NCBI GenBank assembly: GCA_002269645.1
Contig: NIVC01000658.1
Location: 426,309 to 490,308, forward strand
Source: Macrostomum lignano
Taxonomy: Eukaryota
Length of the DNA: 64,000 nt
Direction: 5' to 3'
In this document: one piece after another, positions 46,719-64,000 of the stretch
Layout of the letters: every line of letters begins with the position of its first letter
Position numbering within the stretch: position 1 is the stretch's first letter
Translations under genes and position numbers: made by a program
The notes under the pieces: model-generated
What the model was told of the DNA's origin: nothing
Databases searched by the model: none
The model's input: only the letters and a program-made list of their open reading frames with translations

Positions 46719-47114
46719 ATGGCCTTGCAGCTTGAGACATTTCCGGCCAATTTCGCCCTGATTGGGCAGCAGTTCATGCAGGCATTCTATGCCACACTGC
46801 AGACCAACAGGGAGCAGCTGGCCAATTTCTATTATGACCAGGCCATGCTGACATACGAGGGCGCCCAGCTAATGGGCAAGGCTGCCATCATGACCAAGTA
46901 TCGGTCGCTGGGCTTCCAGCACATCAGCATGGCGATCACCAATGCCGACTATCAGCCGGTTGAACGGGGCGTCCTGATTGCTGTCAATGGGCAGCTTCGA
47001 GTTGACGATGCCACGCAGCCGCTGCCCTTTACTGAAACTTTCCTACTGCGCAGCTTCGGCCAGAGCTTCGCCATTGTTAATCACATCTTTCGGCTGGGCG
47101 TGCACAACTATTGA
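46719..47114 (+). CDS. NUTF2: Nuclear transport factor 2 (NTF2), ~131 aa, intronless coding region
   Basis: IGQQFMQAFY, NREQLANFY, MLTYEG, GKAAIMTK, DYQP, VNGQLRVDD, FTETFLL and NHIFRLGVHNY* match the NTF2 family along the whole length. First ATG is at 46719. Confidence 0.93.
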   Translation: MALQLETFPANFALIGQQFMQAFYATLQTNREQLANFYYDQAMLTYEGAQLMGKAAIMTKYRSLGFQHISMAITNADYQPVERGVLIAVNGQLRVDDATQPLPFTETFLLRSFGQSFAIVNHIFRLGVHNY

Positions 47115-47715
47115 GCGACTCGATCATTTCGCCCCACAAAATCGAATCCGTTTTCACAGATACTAGAATAACTAGATGGGCCACTTAGCACATTTGCGTG
47201 TGAACTACTTTCAGTTCAGTAGTAAGTTAAACAGTAGCATTTTAATGCATTTTTAAGGTCAATGCTCGTTTATTGGCTCTTATCCCCAGCTTAAACCTCC
47301 AACCGCCCCCGCCCCACCCAAATTTTTATTGCCTTATCGGAATTCCAGCCTAAATCTGCCATGTACATTTCACTGGACTGGCCAATGTAAATTAAGGCTG
47401 AACCTAAACTTATCAGTCATTTCAGCAGCCTTTATTTTTATAAAATAGCTTATGCACTCTTCTTTGCTACTGAACTGAAAGTAGAAAGCTGTTTTACTAA
47501 GTATATTTGCCTGAGTGGCCCATCTAGTCATTCTAGTATCTGTGTCCGTTTCTTTACCTAGCAGCGCACGGATGTTGAATTGTTTTCATTTTAGAGCTAT
47601 TGTCTGAGTCCTCTATTGAATAATATGGTTTTAGTTATTTGCTATAAGCAGGGGGCGGTGTGCACCCTAGCGCACTTTAAGCGACATTGTCACACAATCG
47701 GCGAGTTAGCGTTAG

Positions 47716-47910
47716 CGTAAATTTATTTATCGTTAAGCATGTACACTTCACTGTGCCTTAGGGGTGGTGGCCCTCAATGGCGTTAATTGCACGAGCAGAG
47801 CCAAGCCGAGATTCCAATTCAGCCCCAAAATCAATGCGACTGCACTTGGAATCGAGCCTGGGCCGCTGGCACATCTGACCACTGGGCCAGACCACTGGGC
47901 TACGGCCCCT
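47716..47910 (-). mobile_element. Probable tRNA-derived SINE
   Basis: The minus strand shows an A box TAGCCCAGTGGT, a B-box-like GGCTCGATTCC and an A-rich 3' end. Confidence 0.5.
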
Positions 47911-48529
47911 CTATTGAATAGGGTTAGTATCTGCTATGTGAGGAATTATTGATGGCATCAAACTGTACTTTCCCTAGCAGCAACAGGATGGTTTTCCCTG
48001 GACATGCGAGTGTATGTAGGAGTTCTAAAATTTCTGAACTTACCACCTGAGATACCGTACCTGATTTGCTCTAATTAAATCAATAGTTTAGATTTCTTCT
48101 TAGTCCTTGTCTGTGAGGCAAAAATCATATTTTTGTTTGTTATTAAGTAGATTTAAAATTGTGTTGATTTGTTTTGTTATTTTAATGCATGCATCGCCTT
48201 TTCCGCTGCTCACAAACTGCACTGTTAGCTCCAGAGACATCTGCTTTTTTACTGCATCGCTTTTCTAATTATATCTTCCCCTCTGTCCGCGGACTTCCCG
48301 TCTCATCTTTGTGTGGTTGTGTGACAGCCAGAGTCAGTTTTATTTCTGTTAATATGCCACTCATTTATAAATATATTCTATCGATATAAATAGGAATATA
48401 ACTATTGATATATATTTTTTCATTATTATCGAATCGATAACGAAATATTTTTATTGGTAAACACCTTGTGTGTGTGTTTATTTACTATCATTAATATTGT
48501 AATATAGTATTGTAATATTTAATACAGTA

Positions 48530-48785
48530 GAGATGGATGGGCACTGCAGAGGTGATGTTAGAAATAGAGATGGATGGGCACTGCAGAGGTGATGGTAGAG
48601 ATAGAGAAGGATGGGCACTGCAGAGGTGATGGTAGAGATAGAGAAGGATGGGCACTGCAGAGGTGATGGTAGAGATAGAGAAGGATGGGCACTGCAGAGG
48701 TGATGGTAGAGATAGAGAAGGATGGGGCACTGCAGAGGTGATGTTAGAGATAGAGATGGATGGGCATGCAGAGGTGATGGTAGAG
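48530..48785 (+). repeat. 37-bp minisatellite (GGGCACTGCAGAGGTGATGGTAGAGATAGAGAAGGAT)
   Basis: Visible tandem repeat, ~7 copies. Confidence 0.9.
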
Positions 48786-49569
48786 AGGAGAATTATTCGT
48801 GAGCCGTTAGATCGACGTTTCAGTTTAAATGCAGTTTTTTCATTTGCAACCTTTAGTGTACACGTAAACGTGCATATGTAGGCTGCAGCTTTATACACTA
48901 TTAAATTGTCCGTATTGGTCGCAGTCAAACAGTTCAAATACTTTAAGTAGTCAGTTTAGTAATATTAAATTAGGCTTGTTTACTACTTGAAGGTTAGTTT
49001 TTCCTGGTGATGAAAGATGAGATCCCAGCAGACTTGATGCAGGCTCGAACTGGGTAAATGTTTGTCCCTGCTGTCAACACGCTTAGCCAAGCAGGTTGTT
49101 TTCCTAGGAAAAGTCGCACTAATCCGATGAAAAAACGTCACAGTCCCTATACGGCTTTTGTGCGAGTATGATCTCTAGCCTTCACCCCTGAGGCATTTTT
49201 CTTGGTTTGGCCGGCTCATATTTACTTACTGATAGCAACTTGGCCTGTTGCTTTTTGTTAATTCGATATGTATTCGTTTCGTATTACTTGTAGATTTCCA
49301 GGGCGGGCCTGTTGCTTGAGAATGGAACTGTTCTCATCGAGCTTTCTAAATCTAGGAAGATAGCTGAGTGTGCAGCTGAATTTTTGGTTTGCCATTAGCT
49401 CGTACTTGACTAGGTAAAATTATGAACTTAGACTTTTTACCCATGTAGCAAGCAATTGTAACAAATATGGACAACTACACCTTTGTGCATTCTATTTCGA
49501 TAAAACTGCATTCAATTTCGGCAAACTCGCTTTCATTTTCGGCATCAGCTACGGCCGCACATCCAAACT

Positions 49570-50050
49570 GTATTCAATTTCGGCAACTCGAGTTTCTATT
49601 TAGACAAACTGATATTCAAATTTCGGCAAACTGCACTCCATTTCGGCATCGTATATTCTTTTTCGGCAGCCAGCGCCTCGTGCCGCAGACTGTCTATGGA
49701 AATAAGCGCATCTAAACCCAAAACTGATTTTCAATTTCGGCAACTCGAGTTTCTATTTAGACAAATGATATTCAAATTCGGCAAACTGCACTCCATTTCG
49801 GCATCGTTTATTCTTTTTCGGCAGCCAGCGCCTCGTGCCACAGACTGTCTATGGAAATAAGCGCATCTAAACCCAAAACTGATTTTCAATTTCGGCAACT
49901 CGAGTTTCTATTTAGACAAATGATATTCAAATTCGGCAAACTGCACTCCATTTCGGCATCGTATATTCTTTTTCGGCAGCCAGCGCCTCGTGCCGCAGAC
50001 TGTCTATGGAAATAAGCGCATCTAAACCCAAAACTGCATTCAATTTCGGC
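49570..50050 (+). repeat. Tandem triplication of a ~155-bp unit upstream of the Tc1-like ORF
   Basis: CGGCAACTCGAG recurs at 49581, 49738 and 49893 with near-identical downstream sequence. Confidence 0.9.
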
Positions 50051-50196
50051 ACAGAAAATATCGATCGAGGAGAGAGGTTACCATAAACTCTCTATGTTAA
50101 AAACCGATGTTGAAATCTGAAATGAGAACCATTTATACAGTCTTGCCAAATCTGAAAGCTCTGTGTAAAAAAAGAGAAAAACAAACAAGCAACGAC

Positions 50197-50685
50197 ATGC
50201 AACGTGGAGGATACCATAAGATATCAACTGAAGACCGAGCCCGACTTTTGGATGCACATGAAGCTGGAGACGATTACATGGCGGGGGCTCGCACGCTCAA
50301 TGTTAAACGCTCAACTGCGCATTCAATCGTCAAATCCGGGCGACGTGACGCTCTGCCGAAAGGAGGAAAAACCCACGGAAAATTTGACGCCCAAATGGCT
50401 GACTTAGGAATCCCGTTCTTGACGCCAGTCGAGAGCGCGATTTCGTCTTGGAAGGCCGGGATCAAGCAGCTCTGCTTTCGCTGCCTGTCAACCGCCACCG
50501 GTTCATCAACCCCACTGCTGAAGACCGACAGGGGCGCACCATTGTGCAATTCCGCCGTGACGAGCTTCGGCTTCAGCTTCAACTTTATGATAAAGTTTAT
50601 CGACCTTCGTGCAGCAGTGAAAGGTCATAACCTCGAGATAAAATATTGCGTGGTTTTTGTCTACATGTATGGTAGATGGACCTGA
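50197..50685 (+). mobile_element. Internally deleted Tc1/IS630-family transposase ORF (N-terminal HTH fused to a C-terminal remnant)
   Basis: YHKISTEDRARLL...ARTLNVKRSTAHSIV...PKGG resembles a Tc1-type HTH. PFLTPVESAISSWKAGIK resembles the SPxLNPIE..W..K catalytic-E motif. The two catalytic Asp regions are missing. Confidence 0.72.
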
Positions 50686-50711
50686 AAAATTCAGCACTTC
50701 AAAGCTGCACC

Positions 50712-51140
50712 CAACTGCTCCACAACCCGGTCTGAAAATCCCCCACAACCCTATCTGAAGAAAATCTCCCACAACCCGGTCTGAAAATCTCCCACAACCC
50801 GGTCTGAAAATCTTGCACAACCCGGTCTAAAAATCTCCCACAATCTTGTCTGAAAATCTCCCACAACCCGGTCTGAAAATCTCCCACAACCCGGTCTAAA
50901 AGTCTCCCACAACCCTATCTGAAGAAAATCTCCCACAACCCGGTCTGAAAATCTCCCACAACCCGGTCTGAAAATCTCCCACAACCCGGTCTGAAAATCT
51001 CCCACAACCCGGTCTGAAAATCTCCCACAACCCGGTCTGAAAATCTCCCACAACCCGGTCTGAAAATCTCCCACAACCCGGTCTAAAAGTCTCCCACAAC
51101 CCTATCTGAAGAAAATCTCCCACAACCCGGTCTGAAAATC
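50712..51140 (+). repeat. 23-bp minisatellite (CGGTCTGAAAATCTCCCACAACC)
   Basis: Visible tandem repeat just after the Tc1-like ORF. Confidence 0.93.
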
Positions 51141-53339
51141 TTACACAAATGGTCTGAGGACCATTTGTGCAAACTGAGGCAAACTGAGGTAGTTTGCCCT
51201 ACCCTTTGAGCAAACTAATTTGGAGAAGATTATAACCTTTTACGTCGGAGTATAAATTAAGGCACGCGACTTCCGGCCAGTCTTAATTATTCGATGTAAA
51301 TCAGAAAATGGCCTTCCGATCAGATCGATCGTGTCTTAAAGATTTCGTGCCGGCAGCTGCTATATGCATCTTAGTAATTACGCATCCGAGGTAATCTAAT
51401 TAGCCTGAGCCTTGTTCCGGAATTTCCGACAATGCCCCACGAATCGATCGATATTAATTATACCGAAGCCGAGTTCAGCCGAGGCAACTGTGACACCAAA
51501 TAAGATTGTTCAAGACTGATCAGTAGACAGAGTCGTCAGTTCTCTTTCAAGTTTGCTGGCTGGTTGCGGTGCGAGAAGGGTGAAGATCGAGATGACAGAC
51601 TTCTATAGCATGACTATCATTTAGTGCCATCATGTATAGTGCCTGACTGCAGCAGTACAGGAGTTTTCCCCGGCTGCCTCAGTGGCGGGACTGTCGTAAC
51701 TACTTATAGAGCACAATTTTTGGTTATGTCGTCATAAGGTAGTTTTCTTAGCAGCAGACAAGACCTTAAGGGTAAAACTGCATAGTCAATAAAATAATTT
51801 ACTGTGGATTTGATTAGATTAAAGCTTCCGCTTTATGTAGTCACGCCAGGTGCACGTGATGGTGACTTATGCGGTAAATTGAAATCGTATTTAGTTATAG
51901 CCGATTACAGAGGGATTATTTTTCGATTTACTAAATTGAAAAATCGTATTGTAAATATCTTGAACTCCCTAAGGCTTAGGTTGGTAAGACAATATATAGC
52001 CGTCCGTGGGTTTACTTTCAGAAGTAATTCAGTATATGGATTTTCTTTACAACTTGAATTTGAATGGGACGATATCTACCTGTACCAGTGCTACAGTAAG
52101 CTACATTCATGTACGTATATCGTTGTGATGAGTCATGAGTCAAGTCATGTGAGTCATGTTTACCCCTCTGGGCAGAATGCGCGGGAAAGCAGGTGATGAG
52201 TCATCGAGTCTACTTTATCCGGCCCTACTACCCTACTTACTATTTAAGAAGCAATACAATTTATTTTTAGCAACAAACTAGCAGTCTAGTGCCTGCGGCG
52301 ACAACTGCCTGCGGCGACAACTGCCTGCGGCGACAACTGCTTTTTTAAGTTAATAACTATGTGAACCAATGTACTGTAGTAGTTGCAAATATAGCTTCTG
52401 TCTATGCAGAATTTCGCATGTGCTGTTAAATAGAAAAATATATAATAACATACTTTTGAATTCATTACATCATCGATCAGTTTACCAAGCAATATTTAGT
52501 ACTATACAGATCCTTCGTTGGATTAGTTCTCTTCGCCAAAAAGGTAACAGAGCAGGTTAATTGCCTAACTTGTACTATGCTGTACCAACTCTCCCCTGAG
52601 CGTGCGATTCTCGGTCGATACAGGCAGAAGAAGCCATGCGGACCATCAATCAGCCAGTAGGGTCCCAAATGTTGTTGGCTTTTAACAAAATGAGCTTGAA
52701 AACCATTAGCTAGCTACAGAGTTGAAGAAAAGCTAAACTTTGACTGACTGATTTTGACTTGTTCACCAGGCTCAACAAGGATTCACTCGGCTGACAGTCA
52801 GTGAACTGAAGGCGATCGTGGCGTCTGAGGTAATTGGGTATGCAAAATTGATTACCCCAGATAGATGCCTCGGGAGGGCCTGTGTGTGGCTAGCAGAGAC
52901 AGAAAAGTGAAAACGCAATGAAGACGGAGTTAATTTCCTAAAAGAAAATGCGAATTCGAGCATATGCAGGCTTCTGTGAGCAGCCATTAGCTGCTGCTGG
53001 CTCAGCTCGCCGTCTCTATGTTGCACTTTTTCTTATTCAGTATGCATGTAACACTCAATTTAATGCTCATAAAAGTTAAATGTGAGCTTTAAACTTTTCG
53101 AGAGAATTTGCTTTAGCGATTATTTATTAATATCGTTGAAACATTAGCTAGAATAAACAAGCGGCAATTAAATTAGGAAAATTGGGCTATGAATAAAAAA
53201 TAATATTTTACTCTCCAAGCATGAGAAAATAGCGACGAAAAAGCTGTTTAGAGTATTTTTAGTAAAGTATAGTTTATGAAAAATCTAAGTGCATGAAATT
53301 GTTAATAAGTGGTGTTAATTCCTTGATGTCAGCATAATC

Positions 53340-54060
53340 CAGCCAATCAAAATGCAAGCAATAAGAATTCAGCCAACTTCAACCAATCAAAATCCATCAA
53401 AATTCAACCAATCAGAACCCAGCCAATCAAAATGCAACCAGTCAGAATCCAGGCAATCAAAATGCAACCAATCAGAATCTAGCTAATCAAAATGCAACCA
53501 ATCAGAATCTAGCTAATCAAAATGCAACCAATCAGAATCTAGCTAATCAAAATGCAACCAATCAGGATCTAGCTAATCAAAATGCAACCAATCAGAATCT
53601 AGCTAATCAAAATGCAACCAATCAGAATCTAGCTAATCAAAATGCAACCAATCAGAATCTAGCTAATCAAAATGCAACCAATCAGAATCTAGCTAATCAA
53701 AATGCAACCAATCAGAATCCAGGCAATCAAAATGCAACCAATCAGAATCTAGCTAATCAAAATGCAACCAATCAGAATCTAGCTAATCAAAATGCAACCA
53801 ATCAGAATCCAGGCAATCAAAATGCAACCAATCAGAATCCAGGCAATCAAAATGCAACCAATCAGAATTCAGCCAATCAAAATGCAACCAATCAGAATCC
53901 AGGCAATCAAAATGCAACCAATCAGAATTCAGCCAATCAAAATGCAACCAATCAGAATCTAGCCAATCAAAATGCAACCAATCAGAATCTAGCCAATCAA
54001 AATGCAACCAATCAGAGTTCAGCCAATCAAAATGCAACAAATCAGAATCCAGACAATCAA
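53340..54060 (+). repeat. 30-bp minisatellite (ATCAAAATGCAACCAATCAGAATCTAGCTA)
   Basis: Visible tandem repeat downstream of the GPCR stop. Confidence 0.95.
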
Positions 54061-54262
54061 TATTCAGCAACTTTCTTGCTAGAGACACAACAATTTAAAA
54101 GAATAGCATTGGTGCAGCTAAACATCTATTGACAATAAGTCATGTAATTAATACAGTAAATAATCTACTCATGTTAGGAAAGTGCATAAAATGTGACGTC
54201 ATTGTAGAGTTGTTAACAGTTTTTTAATCACTGTCTCTGATCAGACTGAGACTCTGAGAACT

Positions 54263-60368
<6,106 letters not shown>

Positions 60369-61399
60369 GTCGGCAGTTGAAGTTGTTTCTTGGAAATCTT
60401 TTTTGTCGTTTTTCTTCTCTTCTTCCTCTTCTTTTTCTTCCACAGAGGCTTCTATTCTTATTTTTATTTGCCAGTCGGCTCTGATTGGCTGGGCAGAACT
60501 AATGGGATACTCGTATGGGTGAGGAACTGGGGATTTTGGTGAGATCTAAGTGAAAAAGAAAACTTCAGTGGCGTGATTTGGGAATGGGGGAATGGATCAG
60601 GGATTTGATTCAGGGGGAATTCTAGTGAGATAATGCGAAGATAAGGGGAATTCTATTGGGATCCTGGCAAGGATCAGGGGGGATTTTAGTGAAATACTGG
60701 CGAGGATCAGAAGGAATTCTACTGGGATCATGGCTAAAATCAAGGAGGATTCTAATGGGATCATGGCGAGAATCAGGGGGATTCTAGCGGGATCATTGTC
60801 AGGGTCAGAGGGTATCTATTCGGGAATGTGAAAGAGCAGAGCTACAAACCGAAGCATTCGCTGGTGCTCCAGCCGTTTTTAATTAAGAAAACTTTCTTTT
60901 TCCTGACTCCACTCCGGCCCCAAAAGAAACTGATGATAATAAAAAGGTGAGCCGCCCCACCTAGATCGAGCGCAGCGGGCTGGGAGGAAGCGAATGAAAT
61001 GACCGAGCAGTGAGGAGGAGCTGTCCCAAACTAATTATATTGGACTCAGGAGGTGCAGCGGAGCTGCTCAGCGGGAGAGCAGATGCTGACAGAGAAAAAG
61101 AAAAATTTTCCCAACCAGCTGAGCCATTATTTATTGTGAGAAGTTCTCTTTCAGCTCGCTGGGTCCATACCGCCCGCTGCAGACAAGGCCGGTTGGGGTC
61201 TCAAAAGAGAATCTGCTTTTGAATAATTTACCTGGCCAGAGCCATCATCGGGGGGGGCGCCTCGAGATTCGGAATTCTGAGCAAGCTGCTTGGGTCAAAT
61301 AGGAAATCTTTCCCCCAACATTTATGCCGAGCCCAAGGACTTTCGCAATGCCTGAGGTATCAGGAGGATCTGAGTGGGATTTGTAAGGATCTGGCGTTG

Positions 61400-61850
61400 G
61401 GATGAGGGATAAGATCTGGTTTGGGATCTAGGGTTGGGATGTAATTTGGATCTAATTTGGGGTCTGGGTTGGGATCTAGGGTTGGGATTTAGTTTGGGAA
61501 ATAAGTTGGGATCTGGGTTGGGTGGGAAGAGGGCTGGGATCTGGGTTGGGGGCTGGGATCTGGGTTGGGATCTGGGATCTGGGTTTAGATCTGGGTTGGG
61601 GGCTGGGATCTGGGTTGGGATCTGGGATCTGGGTTTAGATCTGGGTTGGGGGCTGGGATCTGGGTTGAGATCTGGGATCTGGGTTGAGATCTGGGTTGGG
61701 GGCTGGGATCTGGGTTGAGATCTGGGTTGGGGGGCTGGGATCTGTGTTGGGATCCGGGATCTGGGTTGGGATCTGGGTTGGGATCTGGGATCTGGGTTGA
61801 GATCTGGGTTGGGGGCTGGGATCTGGGTTGGGATCTGGGTTGGGATTGGG
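61400..61850 (+). repeat. G-rich GGGATCT/GGGTT composite minisatellite upstream of the GPCR
   Basis: Visible repeat of GGGATCTGGGTT-type units. Confidence 0.9.
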
Positions 61851-62449
61851 ATGGAGTTATCAAGGCAATCTTGAACCGGCACTGTTTCAAGTAGACTAGT
61901 ACCTCAAGTAGATGTGAAATTGATATAAAAGCAAAGCGAACGTTGTTTAGGATGCTTTCTATCTTGGCGAAAAGTTGTCTTGTTTCTACAAACATTTCAC
62001 ACACAAAACTTTCCTAGCCTTCTCTAGTAGAAATTGGCCCCTTCCTTTCCCTGGCGAGTTACAGTTCCAAACTCTGTCCGACTTCCTATTTGCAAAGTTT
62101 CACTTCCTAATCAAGAGGCTCCCTCTCGCCCGGCCGACCCTCTGCATTGCGTCTTGGGACCTCAGTGAGGTCGGAAAGCATACGGTAATTTTATTTAAGT
62201 CTTCAACTTCTTCTTTTCCTGAATTTTATTTGGAAGAAATTTTATGTGGCTGTACGGTAGATCCGATGTTAAAAGAAGTGTGCTAATGCACTTTTGAGAT
62301 TATTGTGTGTTTATGCTCAATGAAGTATTGAAATTGGCACTTAAGTTGCTGGCGTGAACGTTGCTATCTGTAGTCAGATTTTCAATGTTTGAATGAGATT
62401 TAACCTTCAAGAGGTGGATTGATATTCCTATTATAAGAGTTGCTATTAT

Positions 62450-62630
62450 TGGAGTGAGATTTGAAATCTAGAGATGAGATTTGTAATCTGGAGGTGAGAT
62501 TTGCAATCCGGAGGTGCTATTTGCAATTTGGAGCTGAGATTTGCAACCTGAAGGCGAGATTTGCATTCTGGAAGTAAGATTCGCGATCTGGAGATGAGAT
62601 TTGCAATCTGAAAGTGAGATTTGCAAGCAA
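62450..62630 (+). repeat. Degenerate ~20-bp repeat (GAGATTTGCAATCTGGAGGT)
   Basis: About 8 diverged copies visible. Confidence 0.75.
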
Positions 62631-64000
62631 ACAAGCGAAAAAGAAATTGGGACCAAAAAAACATGTTGATAAAAGGTTCTATTTTAGCTGCTTCTGTTTT
62701 TGATGAAAAAATTCTTTAGAAAACTTTTGCAATAAAAAATTGCACCTCAATCTATCTGCTGGTTGTTTTTGTCAGATCGAGCAGAAATATCAATTGAAAA
62801 TATCAATCAAATTATGGAACTTTCGGAAAATCAGGTTCAGCTCACTATCGCATGACTGAATACCGCTCATGCCGAGTCGGGGTAAAGAACTTTGACGCAA
62901 GGACAAGTCAAAACGGCCATTCTTACACCATTCAGCGTCCCCACTGGCACATTTTTCCAATCTGGCATTACTGCTTTGATTTCATTGAACTAATTAAAAT
63001 TTATGACCAAGTTATAGACTCGGCTATTATCCTATATACTAAAAATTCTTATCTGATTGCCAGTTCAACTCCCCTCGCCACGCGTAATCAATGTACATCA
63101 TACTCTCTGCCCAAGTGACCAATCAGTTCACCCACCCTAGCCGCCCAATAGCCGCCCAAAAGTGTGTTAAAATGACCTGAAATGGTGTTAAATTGATCGG
63201 CGTACTAGGTAAAAATTCTATACAATCTACGTTTGCACCTACTTGTGAACGAATTGCTGATGAAGTACATTGGCCATCAGCACACAACGCTGCGCGTCAG
63301 AGCATGTACGAATGTCCTCAAATTCAAATTTCTGCTGATTCTGCTGAGCGGAATGGTGGAGACTCTCGAGAAATCGGATTTTTCTAGCGCAAATTTGTCT
63401 ATGGCCGAAACCCCATTCAGCGCTGTGCGTTCTCTGGAGCATTAGCGATATGGCAAATATAGGTTTCTTAACGGCCTCCAGCTCATTTCTAAGAAAGTCA
63501 AGTGTAGTGTCCTTGTACTTCGGTTGTCAATGGTGCCTACCTTGACTGCATGCTTCCTTAACAACGCCTTCAAAACTATATTGATGTAACCTCAACTCTC
63601 ATTCTCGAAACTTGAACTTTACATGAATAAAGCAATACATATCTCAACAATCAACATCCTAGCAGACTACTAATTGGGAAAAATTTGGCTTGAAACAAAA
63701 TTCAACTACTTGTTCTATGGTATTACTGTTAGTAGTGAACTTAAAACACAATGTCAAGTATTTTTTCGGCCTGACAGATTTATCTTCTGCAATGTCAGCC
63801 TTGAATTGTCTCGGGCCACCAGATCATGTATCAGTAGCGTATCAGTAGCCTAATTAGCAGCGATCTAACCTTGGCCCACTCTGCTTAACTTGCAGGCGCA
63901 GCTGCAAACTCGAGACCCTGCTTGCATGTTCTGCGCCGCGCCTTAAAAGAACCTTTTAACAACCAACAAAATGTTTCAAAATCCCAAGATAGAATTAAAA

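Noticed and set aside
48990-49100. Possible third SINE on the minus strand
   Set aside because: Only weak A/B-box matches and no clear body or tail.
60405-60450. Strong acceptor-like pyrimidine tract plus CAG on the plus strand
   Set aside because: More simply the complement of a purine-rich GPCR 5' leader; no downstream plus-strand exon found.

Overview
Eukaryotic (animal) genomic DNA. GC-rich exons with GT-AG introns sit in AT-rich, minisatellite-rich spacer DNA. The style suggests a free-living flatworm such as Macrostomum, but that is inference only. Six spliced or single-exon genes can be built by hand: (1) the 3' half of a LAR-family receptor tyrosine phosphatase (+, to 7866); (2) a five-exon, ~869-aa kinesin-14 with a divergent C-terminal motor, a 33-Gln tract and a CUE/UBA-like helical domain (+, 9711-15040); (3) pICln/CLNS1A (-); (4) a three-exon BEN-domain gene (+); (5) NTF2 (+); (6) a three-exon class A peptide-type GPCR (-). 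Most introns carry their own unrelated tandem repeat, often next to a splice site. A 12.2-kb 20-bp satellite with ~1.0/1.1-kb higher-order blocks fills 15.3-27.5 kb. Between 29.5 and 51 kb are nested DNA transposons, several with exact 8-bp target-site duplications, plus MULE and Tc1/IS630 transposase remnants and tRNA-derived SINEs. There is no CRISPR array, rRNA or convincing tRNA gene. Most long ORFs in the supplied track are repeat artefacts. All coordinates were counted by hand and repeat boundaries are approximate.
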